From assembly GCA_045597865.1 (NCBI GenBank), contig JAZLKX010000025.1, positions 368,934 through 432,933 on the forward strand: 64,000 nucleotides of DNA, read 5' to 3'. Under the pieces are notes generated by a model. The model did no database searches and was not told the origin of the DNA. It saw nothing but the letters and a program-made list of their open reading frames with translations. Below are positions 51,032 to 59,335 of this stretch, piece by piece. Each line of letters begins with the position of its first letter. Position 1 is the first letter of the stretch. This DNA comes from Bacilli bacterium (GTDB taxonomy: Bacteria; Bacillota_I; Bacilli_A; RFN20; CAG-826). Made by a program: the position numbers and the translations under genes.

Positions 51032-52171
51032 TTACATTAATTGTTTGAACATTTCAACAACTTGTTCATGTGTTGCTTCTCTTGGGTTGCCTGGATAACA
51101 AGCATCTTTAAGAGCATCGCTTGCAAGACTATCTAAATCTTCAGCTTTAATTTTTTCACACTTAGTTGGAATACCAACATCGACAGATAATTGTTTAACT
51201 GCTGCAATTGCGGCATTTCTGTATTCAGCTTGGCTCATCTTTGATGTGTCAACGCCTAATACTTCTGCAATATCCTTGAATTTAGTGCCTGTAACTTCTT
51301 TGTTAAATTCCATTGAAATTGGCAGGAGCATTGCGCATGCGACACCGTGTGGAATGTCATAATATGCGGAAAGGGTATGTGCCATTGCGTGGTCAATACC
51401 TAAACCGACATTACTAAATCCCATGCCTGCAATATATTGGGCAAGTGCCATTCCTTCTCTACCTTCAGCAGTATTATTAACAGCACCTCTTAAATGTTTT
51501 CCAATCATTTCAATGGCTTTAATATGGAACATATCGGACATTTCCCACGCGCCACGGGTAATGTAGCCTTCAATAGCGTGTGTCATAGCATCCATACCAG
51601 TAGCAGCTGTTAAACCTTTTGGCATACTTGCCATCATATCTGGGTCAACAACAGCAACAATTGGCATGTCGTGTGGATCTACACAAACAAATTTTCTACG
51701 TTTTTCAACATCTGTAATAACATAGTTGATTGTTACTTCTGCAGCAGTTCCTGCTGTAGTTGGAACTGCAATAATAGGTGTGCATGGTTTTTTAGTTGGT
51801 GCTACGCCTTCTAACGAACGAACATCAGCGAATTCTGGGTTAGCAATAATAATTCCAATTGCTTTAGCTGTATCCATTGATGAACCACCACCAATGGCAA
51901 TAATTGCATCAGCACCACTTTTTGCCATTTCCTCAACACCGTGTTTAACATTTTCAATTGTTGGGTTAGGTTTAATGTCACTAAAAAGTGTAAATGGAAT
52001 CTTAGCTTCCTCTAATAATTTTGTAACTTTTCCAGTGACTCCAAACTTAATTAAGTCTGGATCAGAACAAACAAAAACTTTTTTGAAACCTCTACTTTTT
52101 ACTTCTGGAACAATATTTAAAATAGCGCCAGAACCATGGTAAGAAGTTTCATTCAAAACAAATCTTGGCAT
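51032..52171 (-). CDS. fucO: Lactaldehyde reductase (1,2-propanediol oxidoreductase), Fe-containing ADH
   Basis: MPRFVLNETSYHG, GGGSSMDTAKAIGII, PTTAGTAAEVTINYVITD, DAMTHAIEGY, PHGVAC. Confidence 0.88.
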   Translation of the reverse strand: MPRFVLNETSYHGSGAILNIVPEVKSRGFKKVFVCSDPDLIKFGVTGKVTKLLEEAKIPFTLFSDIKPNPTIENVKHGVEEMAKSGADAIIAIGGGSSMDTAKAIGIIIANPEFADVRSLEGVAPTKKPCTPIIAVPTTAGTAAEVTINYVITDVEKRRKFVCVDPHDMPIVAVVDPDMMASMPKGLTAATGMDAMTHAIEGYITRGAWEMSDMFHIKAIEMIGKHLRGAVNNTAEGREGMALAQYIAGMGFSNVGLGIDHAMAHTLSAYYDIPHGVACAMLLPISMEFNKEVTGTKFKDIAEVLGVDTSKMSQAEYRNAAIAAVKQLSVDVGIPTKCEKIKAEDLDSLASDALKDACYPGNPREATHEQVVEMFKQLM

Positions 52172-52229
52172 AAGTACTCCTTTATTTCTTGATTAAATTA
52201 TAGTTTTTTATTATAGAAATGTATAGTTT

Positions 52230-53339
52230 TTATGCACCATTCCAAGTTCGATGTGCTTTAAACCAATCTGTATCTTTTAGAATAAGGTCGTTATTTGAAC
52301 CGTGAACTTCATAATCTATTCCATTTTTACATTTAAATGTAATATTTCCGTTCATTGGCTTATAAATTTTATCTTGATAGGATGCTGTAACATAAATTTT
52401 ATCAGTATGTTTTGCCATTCTGTTTATTGTTTCTTGATTTGGGAATAATGCTGTATCGCCATATTCTTCACTACCACAGCAAGTACAAATACAAATTGTT
52501 TCAGGAGTAATCTTATTTAATAAAACGTCGTTAGAAGAGGTAATTGAACCATGATGACCACCTTTAAACAATTGACAATGTGGTAAATCTTTATTTAACT
52601 CAACTAAAGATGTTTCTCCAGCTAGTTCTAAGTCACCAGTAAATAAATAATGGTTGCTTCCTTGATTAAGTAAACAGCAAACTGAATAGTTATTTTCTTT
52701 AGAGTTGGTTTCATGATAAAACTTTTGGTCTAAAATTTCTAAAGTAATTTTATTATCAATTTCAAATGGTGTTCCAACACATTGATCTGCAGTGTAAACT
52801 TTTGTTCCGTTACTCTTTAATGTTTCAACTTTTGAGCAGTAATCCGCATAAAGTTTAGAAGTAGAATTAGTTTTAGAAAATTGAATCAAAGTTCCAACCT
52901 TATAATGATCTAAGATTCCTCCAGTAGTAGATGGTCCAACAAATCCTGCAATGTGATCTTCATGAGCGTGCGTTGCAATAACGTATTCAATTACATCGTC
53001 ATCCATCTTTGTTTTCATAAAGCTTTCAATTGTTGCTGCAGAACTTGATTTGCTACCGGCATCAATTAAAATATCAACGTTTCCAACTTTTATAAAAGTT
53101 GAATCGCCAATACTGTTGTTGCCAAGTTCAAGGAAATTAATTTGAACTTCACCACTTTCAATTGGTGCTGGAGGATCTTCATGGTGATTATGACTGATAA
53201 ACCAATAAACACCAAAACCGATGCCTGCAAGTAAAGCGATAATGATAACAACAATAAGAAAACCTTTTGGATTTTTCTTAGCTACTTTTTTAATTTGTTT
53301 TTGAGCTGATTTAGATAATAAAGTTTTTTTCTTAGCCAT
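52230..53339 (-). CDS. Membrane-anchored MBL-fold hydrolase (ComEC/Rec2-like beta-lactamase domain)
   Basis: N-terminal TM; GDST, LIDAG, THAHEDH, ENNYS, FTGD, GHHGS. Confidence 0.8.
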   Translation of the reverse strand: MAKKKTLLSKSAQKQIKKVAKKNPKGFLIVVIIIALLAGIGFGVYWFISHNHHEDPPAPIESGEVQINFLELGNNSIGDSTFIKVGNVDILIDAGSKSSSAATIESFMKTKMDDDVIEYVIATHAHEDHIAGFVGPSTTGGILDHYKVGTLIQFSKTNSTSKLYADYCSKVETLKSNGTKVYTADQCVGTPFEIDNKITLEILDQKFYHETNSKENNYSVCCLLNQGSNHYLFTGDLELAGETSLVELNKDLPHCQLFKGGHHGSITSSNDVLLNKITPETICICTCCGSEEYGDTALFPNQETINRMAKHTDKIYVTASYQDKIYKPMNGNITFKCKNGIDYEVHGSNNDLILKDTDWFKAHRTWNGA

Positions 53340-53354
53340 AAAATTATTATAAAT

Positions 53355-53382
53355 AAAAAAGCCATCTCAATCAAGATGGCTT
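53355..53382 (-). terminator. Rho-independent terminator of the hydrogenase operon
   Basis: AAGCCATCT-N6-AGATGGCTT with a T-tract on the minus strand. Confidence 0.8.
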
Positions 53383-53400
53383 AGTTATTAATTTTGAGAA

Positions 53401-55176
53401 CTATTTAGCTGGGAATTTTTCTCTATTCTTGTTGTAAGTTGTATGGAGTAATTTCTCAGAAAGTTCACCACATGGCTCACCAAGGAAGTCAGCGTAGATT
53501 TTCTTGATGTCTGGGTTATTGTGAGATTGTCTAATTGGTTGACGTTCATCTTCAGCATAGAGGACTGCTGCACGTTTTGCACGATATGTTTCACGAATAT
53601 CAGCGTCTTCATTTGGAAGGAACATTGGTTTGACGTATGGTTGACCACCGCCATTGATACATCCACCTGGGCAACCCATAATTTCAATGAATGCGTATGG
53701 TGATTTACCTTCCTTGATTTGATCAAGTAAGACTTTAGCATTCTTCATGCCTGATGCCATAGCAACCTTTAAGGTTGTACCATTGATATCAATTGATGCT
53801 TCTCTAACACCTTCAAGACCACGAACAGCTTCAAAGTTGATCTTTTCGTGTTCTTTACCAGTTAAGATGAAGTAAGCAGTACGAAGTGCTGCTTCCATAA
53901 CACCACCAGTAACACCGAAGATAACACCAGCGCCTGTGTATTGGCCAAGTAAATCTTGATCCCAATCTTCATCTTCTGGGAGCATCTTCCAGTTGATACC
54001 AGCACGTTTAATCATCTTAGCAAGTTCACGTGTTGTTAAAACTGCATCGACATCTCTAAGGCCATCAACTTCCATTTCTTTACGAGTTTTCTCGTATTTC
54101 TTTGCTGTACATGGCATGACAGAAACGACATAAATATCTTTTGAATCAATACCATTTGCTTTAGCAAAGTATGATTTGGTGATAGCACCTTGCATTTGAT
54201 GTGGGCTCTTACAAGTTGACATATTTGGGATGACTTCTGGATAGAAATATTCCATATAGTTAACCCAACCTGGTGAACAGGATGTAATTTGTGGGAGAAC
54301 TCCACCATTTTTAATTCTGTTAAGAAGTTCTGTGCCTTCTTCCATGATTGTTAAGTCAGCTGCAAAGTTGACATCGAATACACGTTTGAATCCGAGACGT
54401 TTGCATGCTGCAATCATCTTCTTGGTACCATTGGTACCAATCTTTTCGCCAAATTCTTCAGCAATAGCGGCACGAACAGCTGGTGCAACTTGGCAGACAA
54501 CGAACTTGCCAGCCTTCATAGCTGCATCAACATTTGCGATTTCGCTCTTCTCAAGTAATGCGCCTGTTGGACAAACGAGTACACATTGTCCGCATTGCAT
54601 ACATGGAGATTCTGCGAATGATCTATTTTGGGCTGGAGCAACGATAGTTTTAAAACCACGTTTTTCAAAGCCTAAAATTCCAATACCTTGAGCATCTTTA
54701 CATGCTTCAATACAACGGCCACAAAGAATACATTTTCCAGTATTACGAATAATACCTGGAGCAACTTCATCAACTGTTGCTGGTGATTGTTCGCCTAAGA
54801 ATTTTCCATCTCTGGCACCAACCATTTTTGCAACTTCGAGAAGTTCACAATGTCCATTCTTTTCACATTGTAAACAATTCTTTTGGTGGTTAGAAAGAAG
54901 TAATTCTATAGAATTTCTTCTTGCTTCCATTGCTTTTTGGGAAGAAATGATAATTTCCATTCCTTCATTAACTGGGTAAACACAAGAAGCTACAAGACCT
55001 CTTGCGCCGACAACTTCGACTAAGCAAACTCTGCAGCTTGCAAGTGAACATTTGCCATGATTCCAGCTACATAAGGATGGAATGTTATAACCGCAAGCGC
55101 GGCAAGCTTCTAAGACAGTCATTGAACTGTCGACTTGATAGGATTTACCTTCAATTTTGATATTAACTAAAGCCAT
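53401..55176 (-). CDS. hydA: [FeFe]-hydrogenase catalytic subunit (group A; HydA/HndD)
   Basis: H-cluster motifs TSCSPGW, MPCTAKKYE, EIMGCPGGCINGGGQP; N-terminal 2Fe-2S, His-ligated 4Fe-4S and 2x4Fe-4S Cys motifs. Confidence 0.95.
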   Translation of the reverse strand: MALVNIKIEGKSYQVDSSMTVLEACRACGYNIPSLCSWNHGKCSLASCRVCLVEVVGARGLVASCVYPVNEGMEIIISSQKAMEARRNSIELLLSNHQKNCLQCEKNGHCELLEVAKMVGARDGKFLGEQSPATVDEVAPGIIRNTGKCILCGRCIEACKDAQGIGILGFEKRGFKTIVAPAQNRSFAESPCMQCGQCVLVCPTGALLEKSEIANVDAAMKAGKFVVCQVAPAVRAAIAEEFGEKIGTNGTKKMIAACKRLGFKRVFDVNFAADLTIMEEGTELLNRIKNGGVLPQITSCSPGWVNYMEYFYPEVIPNMSTCKSPHQMQGAITKSYFAKANGIDSKDIYVVSVMPCTAKKYEKTRKEMEVDGLRDVDAVLTTRELAKMIKRAGINWKMLPEDEDWDQDLLGQYTGAGVIFGVTGGVMEAALRTAYFILTGKEHEKINFEAVRGLEGVREASIDINGTTLKVAMASGMKNAKVLLDQIKEGKSPYAFIEIMGCPGGCINGGGQPYVKPMFLPNEDADIRETYRAKRAAVLYAEDERQPIRQSHNNPDIKKIYADFLGEPCGELSEKLLHTTYNKNREKFPAK

Positions 55177-55190
55177 TTTACAGTTCCTCC

Positions 55191-57101
55191 TTATTTCTTA
55201 ATAATTGCATGTCTTGCTTTACAGCCAGCCATACATGCACCACACTTGATACATTTCTTTGGATCAATGACATGGACAAATTTGCCTGGGAATGGATTAC
55301 CATTTGGCATCTTTGCACCAATTGTGCCTGGAGCAATAGCTCCAACTGGACAGTTTTTAGCACATAATCCACATCCAATACAGAGTTCTGGTTGAATGTA
55401 GTATTCCATCATTGACTTACAAACGTGTGCTGGGCACTTGTGTTCTTCAACGTGAGCTTTGTATTCTTCTGGGAATGCTCTCATTGTTGAAAGAATTGGG
55501 TTTGCAGCTGTTTGTCCTAATGCACAAAGTGAGTTTGTTTGTGTAATATTTGCGAGTTCTTCAAGATTTTTAATATCTTGTGGTTCGCCTTTACCACTTG
55601 TAATCTTATTTAAGATTTCAAGCATTCTACGTGTACCAATACGACATGGTGAACATTTACCACATGATTCATCACAAATGAATTCCATATAGAATTTTGC
55701 GACGTCGACCATACAGTTGTCTTCATCCATAACGATAGCACCACCTGAACCCATCATGGATCCACGTGCTTTTAATGTATCAAAATCAATTGGGGTGTCT
55801 AAGTCTTTTTCAGTTAAACATCCGCCTGATGGGCCACCAGTTTGAATGGCTTTGAATTTCTTGCCACCTGGGATACCACCACCGATATCAAAAATAAGTT
55901 CTTGGAGTGTTGTTCCCATTGGGACTTCAACAAGACCAACGTTATTAACTTTACCGCCAAGGGCGAAAACCTTGGTTCCTTTGGAACCTTCGGTACCAAT
56001 GGAGGCAAATTTGTCAGCACCTTCTCTCATAATCCATGCGACATCTGCGAGGGTTTCGACGTTGTTAACAACGGATGGATGATTCCATAAACCTTTGACA
56101 GCTGGGAATGGAGGTCTTGGACGTGGCATACCACGTTGACCTTGAATTGAGTTAATTAATGCTGTTTCCTCACCACAGACGAAGGCACCTGCGCCTAAAC
56201 GGATGTGGCATCTAAATGAGAAGTTTGTGCCTAAGATGTTATCACCAAGTAAGCCAACTTCTTCGAGTTTTGCAATAGCAATTCTAAGTCTTGAAACTGC
56301 AATTGGGTATTCAGCACGGACGTAGAAATAACCGTTTTGTGCTCCGATTGCATAACCTGCAATCATCATACCTTCGATAACACCAACTGGGTTACCTTCA
56401 AGAATTGAACGGTCCATGAATGCACCTGGGTCACCTTCATCACCGTTACAGATAACGTATTTATTGTCTGATTGTGATGCTAAAGCAAATTGCCATTTCT
56501 TTCCGGTTGGGAAGCCAGCACCACCACGGCCACGAAGTCCAGATTTTAACATTTCATCACAGACTTCTGCTGGTGTCATATGTAATGCTCTCATTAATCC
56601 TTTGAAAGCGCCAAAGCCAAAGGCTTCTTCGATTTCTTCAGGGTTAATCATGGAGCAACCATTAAGTGCGACACGTTTTTGTTTCTTATAGAAGTTGATG
56701 TCTTCTTGTTTTTCAACCTTTTCATGTGTAACTGGATCGACATAGAGTAAATCTTCGATACATTTACCACCAATGACATCTTCTTCAATGATTCTTTCAA
56801 CGTCGGTTACTTTTACGGCGCGATAGAGTCTATCTTCTGGGAAAACTTTAACGAATGGTCCTTGGGAACAGAAACCGAAACAGCCAACTCTGTTAACTGT
56901 AGCTTTGTCTTCAAGACCTTTTTCTTTAATAAGTTCTTCTAATCTTTTTAAGATTTCATCGGAATGTGAGGAGATACAACCTGTACCACCACAAACAACA
57001 AGGTGTTTCTTGCCATCTTTTCCGTTAAATTTAGCTTCTAAGCAAGAACCACAATGTTCAATCTTTTCAGCTAATTCTTTTTCTGATTTAATTTTAGCCA
57101 T
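55191..57101 (-). CDS. hydB: NADH/FMN-binding diaphorase subunit (NuoF-like; HydB/HndC)
   Basis: SGLRGRGGAGFPTG, CNGDEGDPGAFMDR, GAGAFVCGEETAL, ESCGKCSPCR, C-terminal 2x4Fe-4S. Confidence 0.92.
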   Translation of the reverse strand: MAKIKSEKELAEKIEHCGSCLEAKFNGKDGKKHLVVCGGTGCISSHSDEILKRLEELIKEKGLEDKATVNRVGCFGFCSQGPFVKVFPEDRLYRAVKVTDVERIIEEDVIGGKCIEDLLYVDPVTHEKVEKQEDINFYKKQKRVALNGCSMINPEEIEEAFGFGAFKGLMRALHMTPAEVCDEMLKSGLRGRGGAGFPTGKKWQFALASQSDNKYVICNGDEGDPGAFMDRSILEGNPVGVIEGMMIAGYAIGAQNGYFYVRAEYPIAVSRLRIAIAKLEEVGLLGDNILGTNFSFRCHIRLGAGAFVCGEETALINSIQGQRGMPRPRPPFPAVKGLWNHPSVVNNVETLADVAWIMREGADKFASIGTEGSKGTKVFALGGKVNNVGLVEVPMGTTLQELIFDIGGGIPGGKKFKAIQTGGPSGGCLTEKDLDTPIDFDTLKARGSMMGSGGAIVMDEDNCMVDVAKFYMEFICDESCGKCSPCRIGTRRMLEILNKITSGKGEPQDIKNLEELANITQTNSLCALGQTAANPILSTMRAFPEEYKAHVEEHKCPAHVCKSMMEYYIQPELCIGCGLCAKNCPVGAIAPGTIGAKMPNGNPFPGKFVHVIDPKKCIKCGACMAGCKARHAIIKK

Positions 57102-57112
57102 TGTTATTCTCC

Positions 57113-57592
57113 TTATTTTGCTGCACGGTATTCCTCAATAATGCCTGCGACTTTGTCGACTGACATCTTTGGATAAACTTTTCCATTAATGGAAATTGCT
57201 GGTGCAATACCGCATGCACCAATGCATCTTAATGCATCAAGGGTAAATAAGCCATCTGCGGTTGTTTCGCCTGGTTTGATTCCTAAGAGTTCTGAGAACT
57301 TATCCATGACAAGTTGGGAACCTTTAACGTAGCATGCTGTGCCTAAGCAAACACCAATGACGTATTTTCCTTTTGGGGTTAAGCTGAAGAATGAGTAGAA
57401 AGTAACAACACCATAGATTTCAGCTACTGGGATATTCATTAATGAAGAAACTAATTCTTGGACTTCAAGAGGAATGTATCCATATTCGGATTGGATTGCC
57501 TCAAGGACCATCATTAATGGGGTTTCTTCATCTTTATAACGATTCACAATTTCAGTAATTTGTTTTACTGCATGTGCTTGTAGTTTCGCCAT
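57113..57592 (-). CDS. hydC: 2Fe-2S thioredoxin-like subunit (NuoE-like; HydC/HndA)
   Basis: VVTFYSFF, CLGTACYVKG, RCIGACGIAP. Confidence 0.92.
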   Translation of the reverse strand: MAKLQAHAVKQITEIVNRYKDEETPLMMVLEAIQSEYGYIPLEVQELVSSLMNIPVAEIYGVVTFYSFFSLTPKGKYVIGVCLGTACYVKGSQLVMDKFSELLGIKPGETTADGLFTLDALRCIGACGIAPAISINGKVYPKMSVDKVAGIIEEYRAAK

Positions 57593-57677
57593 AAATCAAC
57601 CTCCTATTTTTATAAAATCCACTCACTATTATAATAGTGTAGGAAAATATCTCAACAATGAATTTTATAAATTCAAA

Positions 57678-57691
57678 TGTATGCGTTTTCA
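57678..57691. promoter_or_regulatory. cre-like site upstream of the hydrogenase operon
   Basis: TGTATGCGTTTTCA, one mismatch to TGWNANCGNTNWCA. Confidence 0.45.
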
Positions 57692-57743
57692 TAATTAATT
57701 AAAAAAGTGCGATAAGTTCGATTATTTGTGTTAAGATATTGGC

Positions 57744-59276
57744 ATGAAAAAGTCGTTTTTATTAGTTCTCTCTCTTCCATTGTTACTCAGTTCTTGCAAG
57801 CTTATTGCAGACTCACCTTCAAACACTCAAAAACCTGAAGATGACACTACCCAAACAGATGGAAAAACTGATACTGAAACCGGTGAAAAAACAGACGAAG
57901 GAACCGAAGGTTCTGGTACTGGTTCTACCACTGAAGATGAAAGCCAAACTCATGGCGGTCATTCCGGCGGCGGACACCACACTGGTGGAGGCACTTCTGA
58001 AGACGATAATACCGGAGGAGAAACCACCGGTGGCGGCACTACAGAAACTTCAAATGAGTCAGTATTGAAAGAAGTTACTGAGTTTGGTCTAACTAACGGA
58101 AATAAACCATCTAATATTAACTTTAATGAAGATATAACTTTATCTTGTGGAGTTGGTGAAAATGACTACAAAAATGCACCAGCATTCTACTCTTCTGATT
58201 CTTCATTAAGATTCTATTATGGAAACACATTAACAGTTAGCAACTCCGAAGGAGTTATTACTAGAGTTGTGCTTTATTATAATTCAACAAATGATGACAA
58301 TTTGTTTTCCGCAAATGTCGGTATAATGTCTGATTATCAAACATGGAATGGTTCAGCATCTTCCATCACTTTTAAAGTTGATGGAGATAGCGGTAGTATT
58401 AAATTATTCCGTTTAAGAGTTGATTATTCTACTTCTGGTGGCGGAACAACTGGTGGCGGCACTACTACTGGTGGAGGCGGAAACACTACTGGTGGAGGAA
58501 CAACCGGAGGTGGAGGTTCAGAGCAATCAGGTAATGGAAATACCTCATCAGAATGGACAACAGCCTGGACTGGTCGACAATATGACATTGCTTATTCCTT
58601 ATTTAAAGGCAATTTACCATGTTTAAAAGCTTTCAATGGCTACGCTGTTGGATGTGTAGATGGTTCAACGAAAATGTACTTTAATCCTTATATAAAAGGA
58701 TGGTCAAAAGAATCACAAACCTATTATGATGGCGCTTTACGCGATATGGGCTACACCAAAGTAGACACAGACACTGATGAAGATGGTGTGGAATGGTTCT
58801 ACTACGAAAAGGGCACTTATTGTGTTCAAACTTCTCACTACAGAGGTGATGATGGCGAATATTATTTCGATGTTTATGCTTATAATGACTATGAAGCACC
58901 GTTTAATCTTGATTATGACCCTACTGTTGACTTAACAACCAAGGTTTATCCAATCAAGTCAGGATATAAAACATTCTCAAAAACTATTAATGGCATAACA
59001 TTTAAATGTTCTAATTGCACTGAGAATAATTCACTTATTCAACTTGCAAAAGATTCAACTATGGAAATTACATGTTCCACCACTCTTAGCAAGATGGACA
59101 TCTTATTTAATTACAATAAGAGTTGCTGCTTAGTTTATGCTGGTTCATCAAGTTCTAATGCTAAAATTGTTTATAACAACGGTAATCATTGGGATTTACC
59201 AAGTGGAACAAAATACGTAAAGATTCAAGCACTATTAGATGATATTGTTCAAATAGATTGCTTATCAATTAAGTAA
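57744..59276 (+). CDS. Lipoprotein with Gly/Thr-rich linkers, function unknown
   Basis: Lipobox LSSC; TTGGG repeats separate globular domains. Confidence 0.7.
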   Translation: MKKSFLLVLSLPLLLSSCKLIADSPSNTQKPEDDTTQTDGKTDTETGEKTDEGTEGSGTGSTTEDESQTHGGHSGGGHHTGGGTSEDDNTGGETTGGGTTETSNESVLKEVTEFGLTNGNKPSNINFNEDITLSCGVGENDYKNAPAFYSSDSSLRFYYGNTLTVSNSEGVITRVVLYYNSTNDDNLFSANVGIMSDYQTWNGSASSITFKVDGDSGSIKLFRLRVDYSTSGGGTTGGGTTTGGGGNTTGGGTTGGGGSEQSGNGNTSSEWTTAWTGRQYDIAYSLFKGNLPCLKAFNGYAVGCVDGSTKMYFNPYIKGWSKESQTYYDGALRDMGYTKVDTDTDEDGVEWFYYEKGTYCVQTSHYRGDDGEYYFDVYAYNDYEAPFNLDYDPTVDLTTKVYPIKSGYKTFSKTINGITFKCSNCTENNSLIQLAKDSTMEITCSTTLSKMDILFNYNKSCCLVYAGSSSSNAKIVYNNGNHWDLPSGTKYVKIQALLDDIVQIDCLSIK

Positions 59277-59284
59277 TAAACAAC

Positions 59285-59317
59285 AAAAAAGTTGCATCCG
59301 ATAAGTGTGCAACTTTT
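59285..59317. terminator. Bidirectional rho-independent terminator
   Basis: AAAAGTTGCA-N11-TGCAACTTTT between convergent genes. Confidence 0.75.
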
Positions 59318-59335
59318 AATTTAATTTGCTATATC

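Noticed and set aside
52230-53339. Competence channel comEC
   Set aside because: Only the MBL domain is present; the multi-TM competence domain is absent
55191-57592. Respiratory complex I nuoEF
   Set aside because: Co-operonic with an H-cluster protein, and no membrane nuo genes are present
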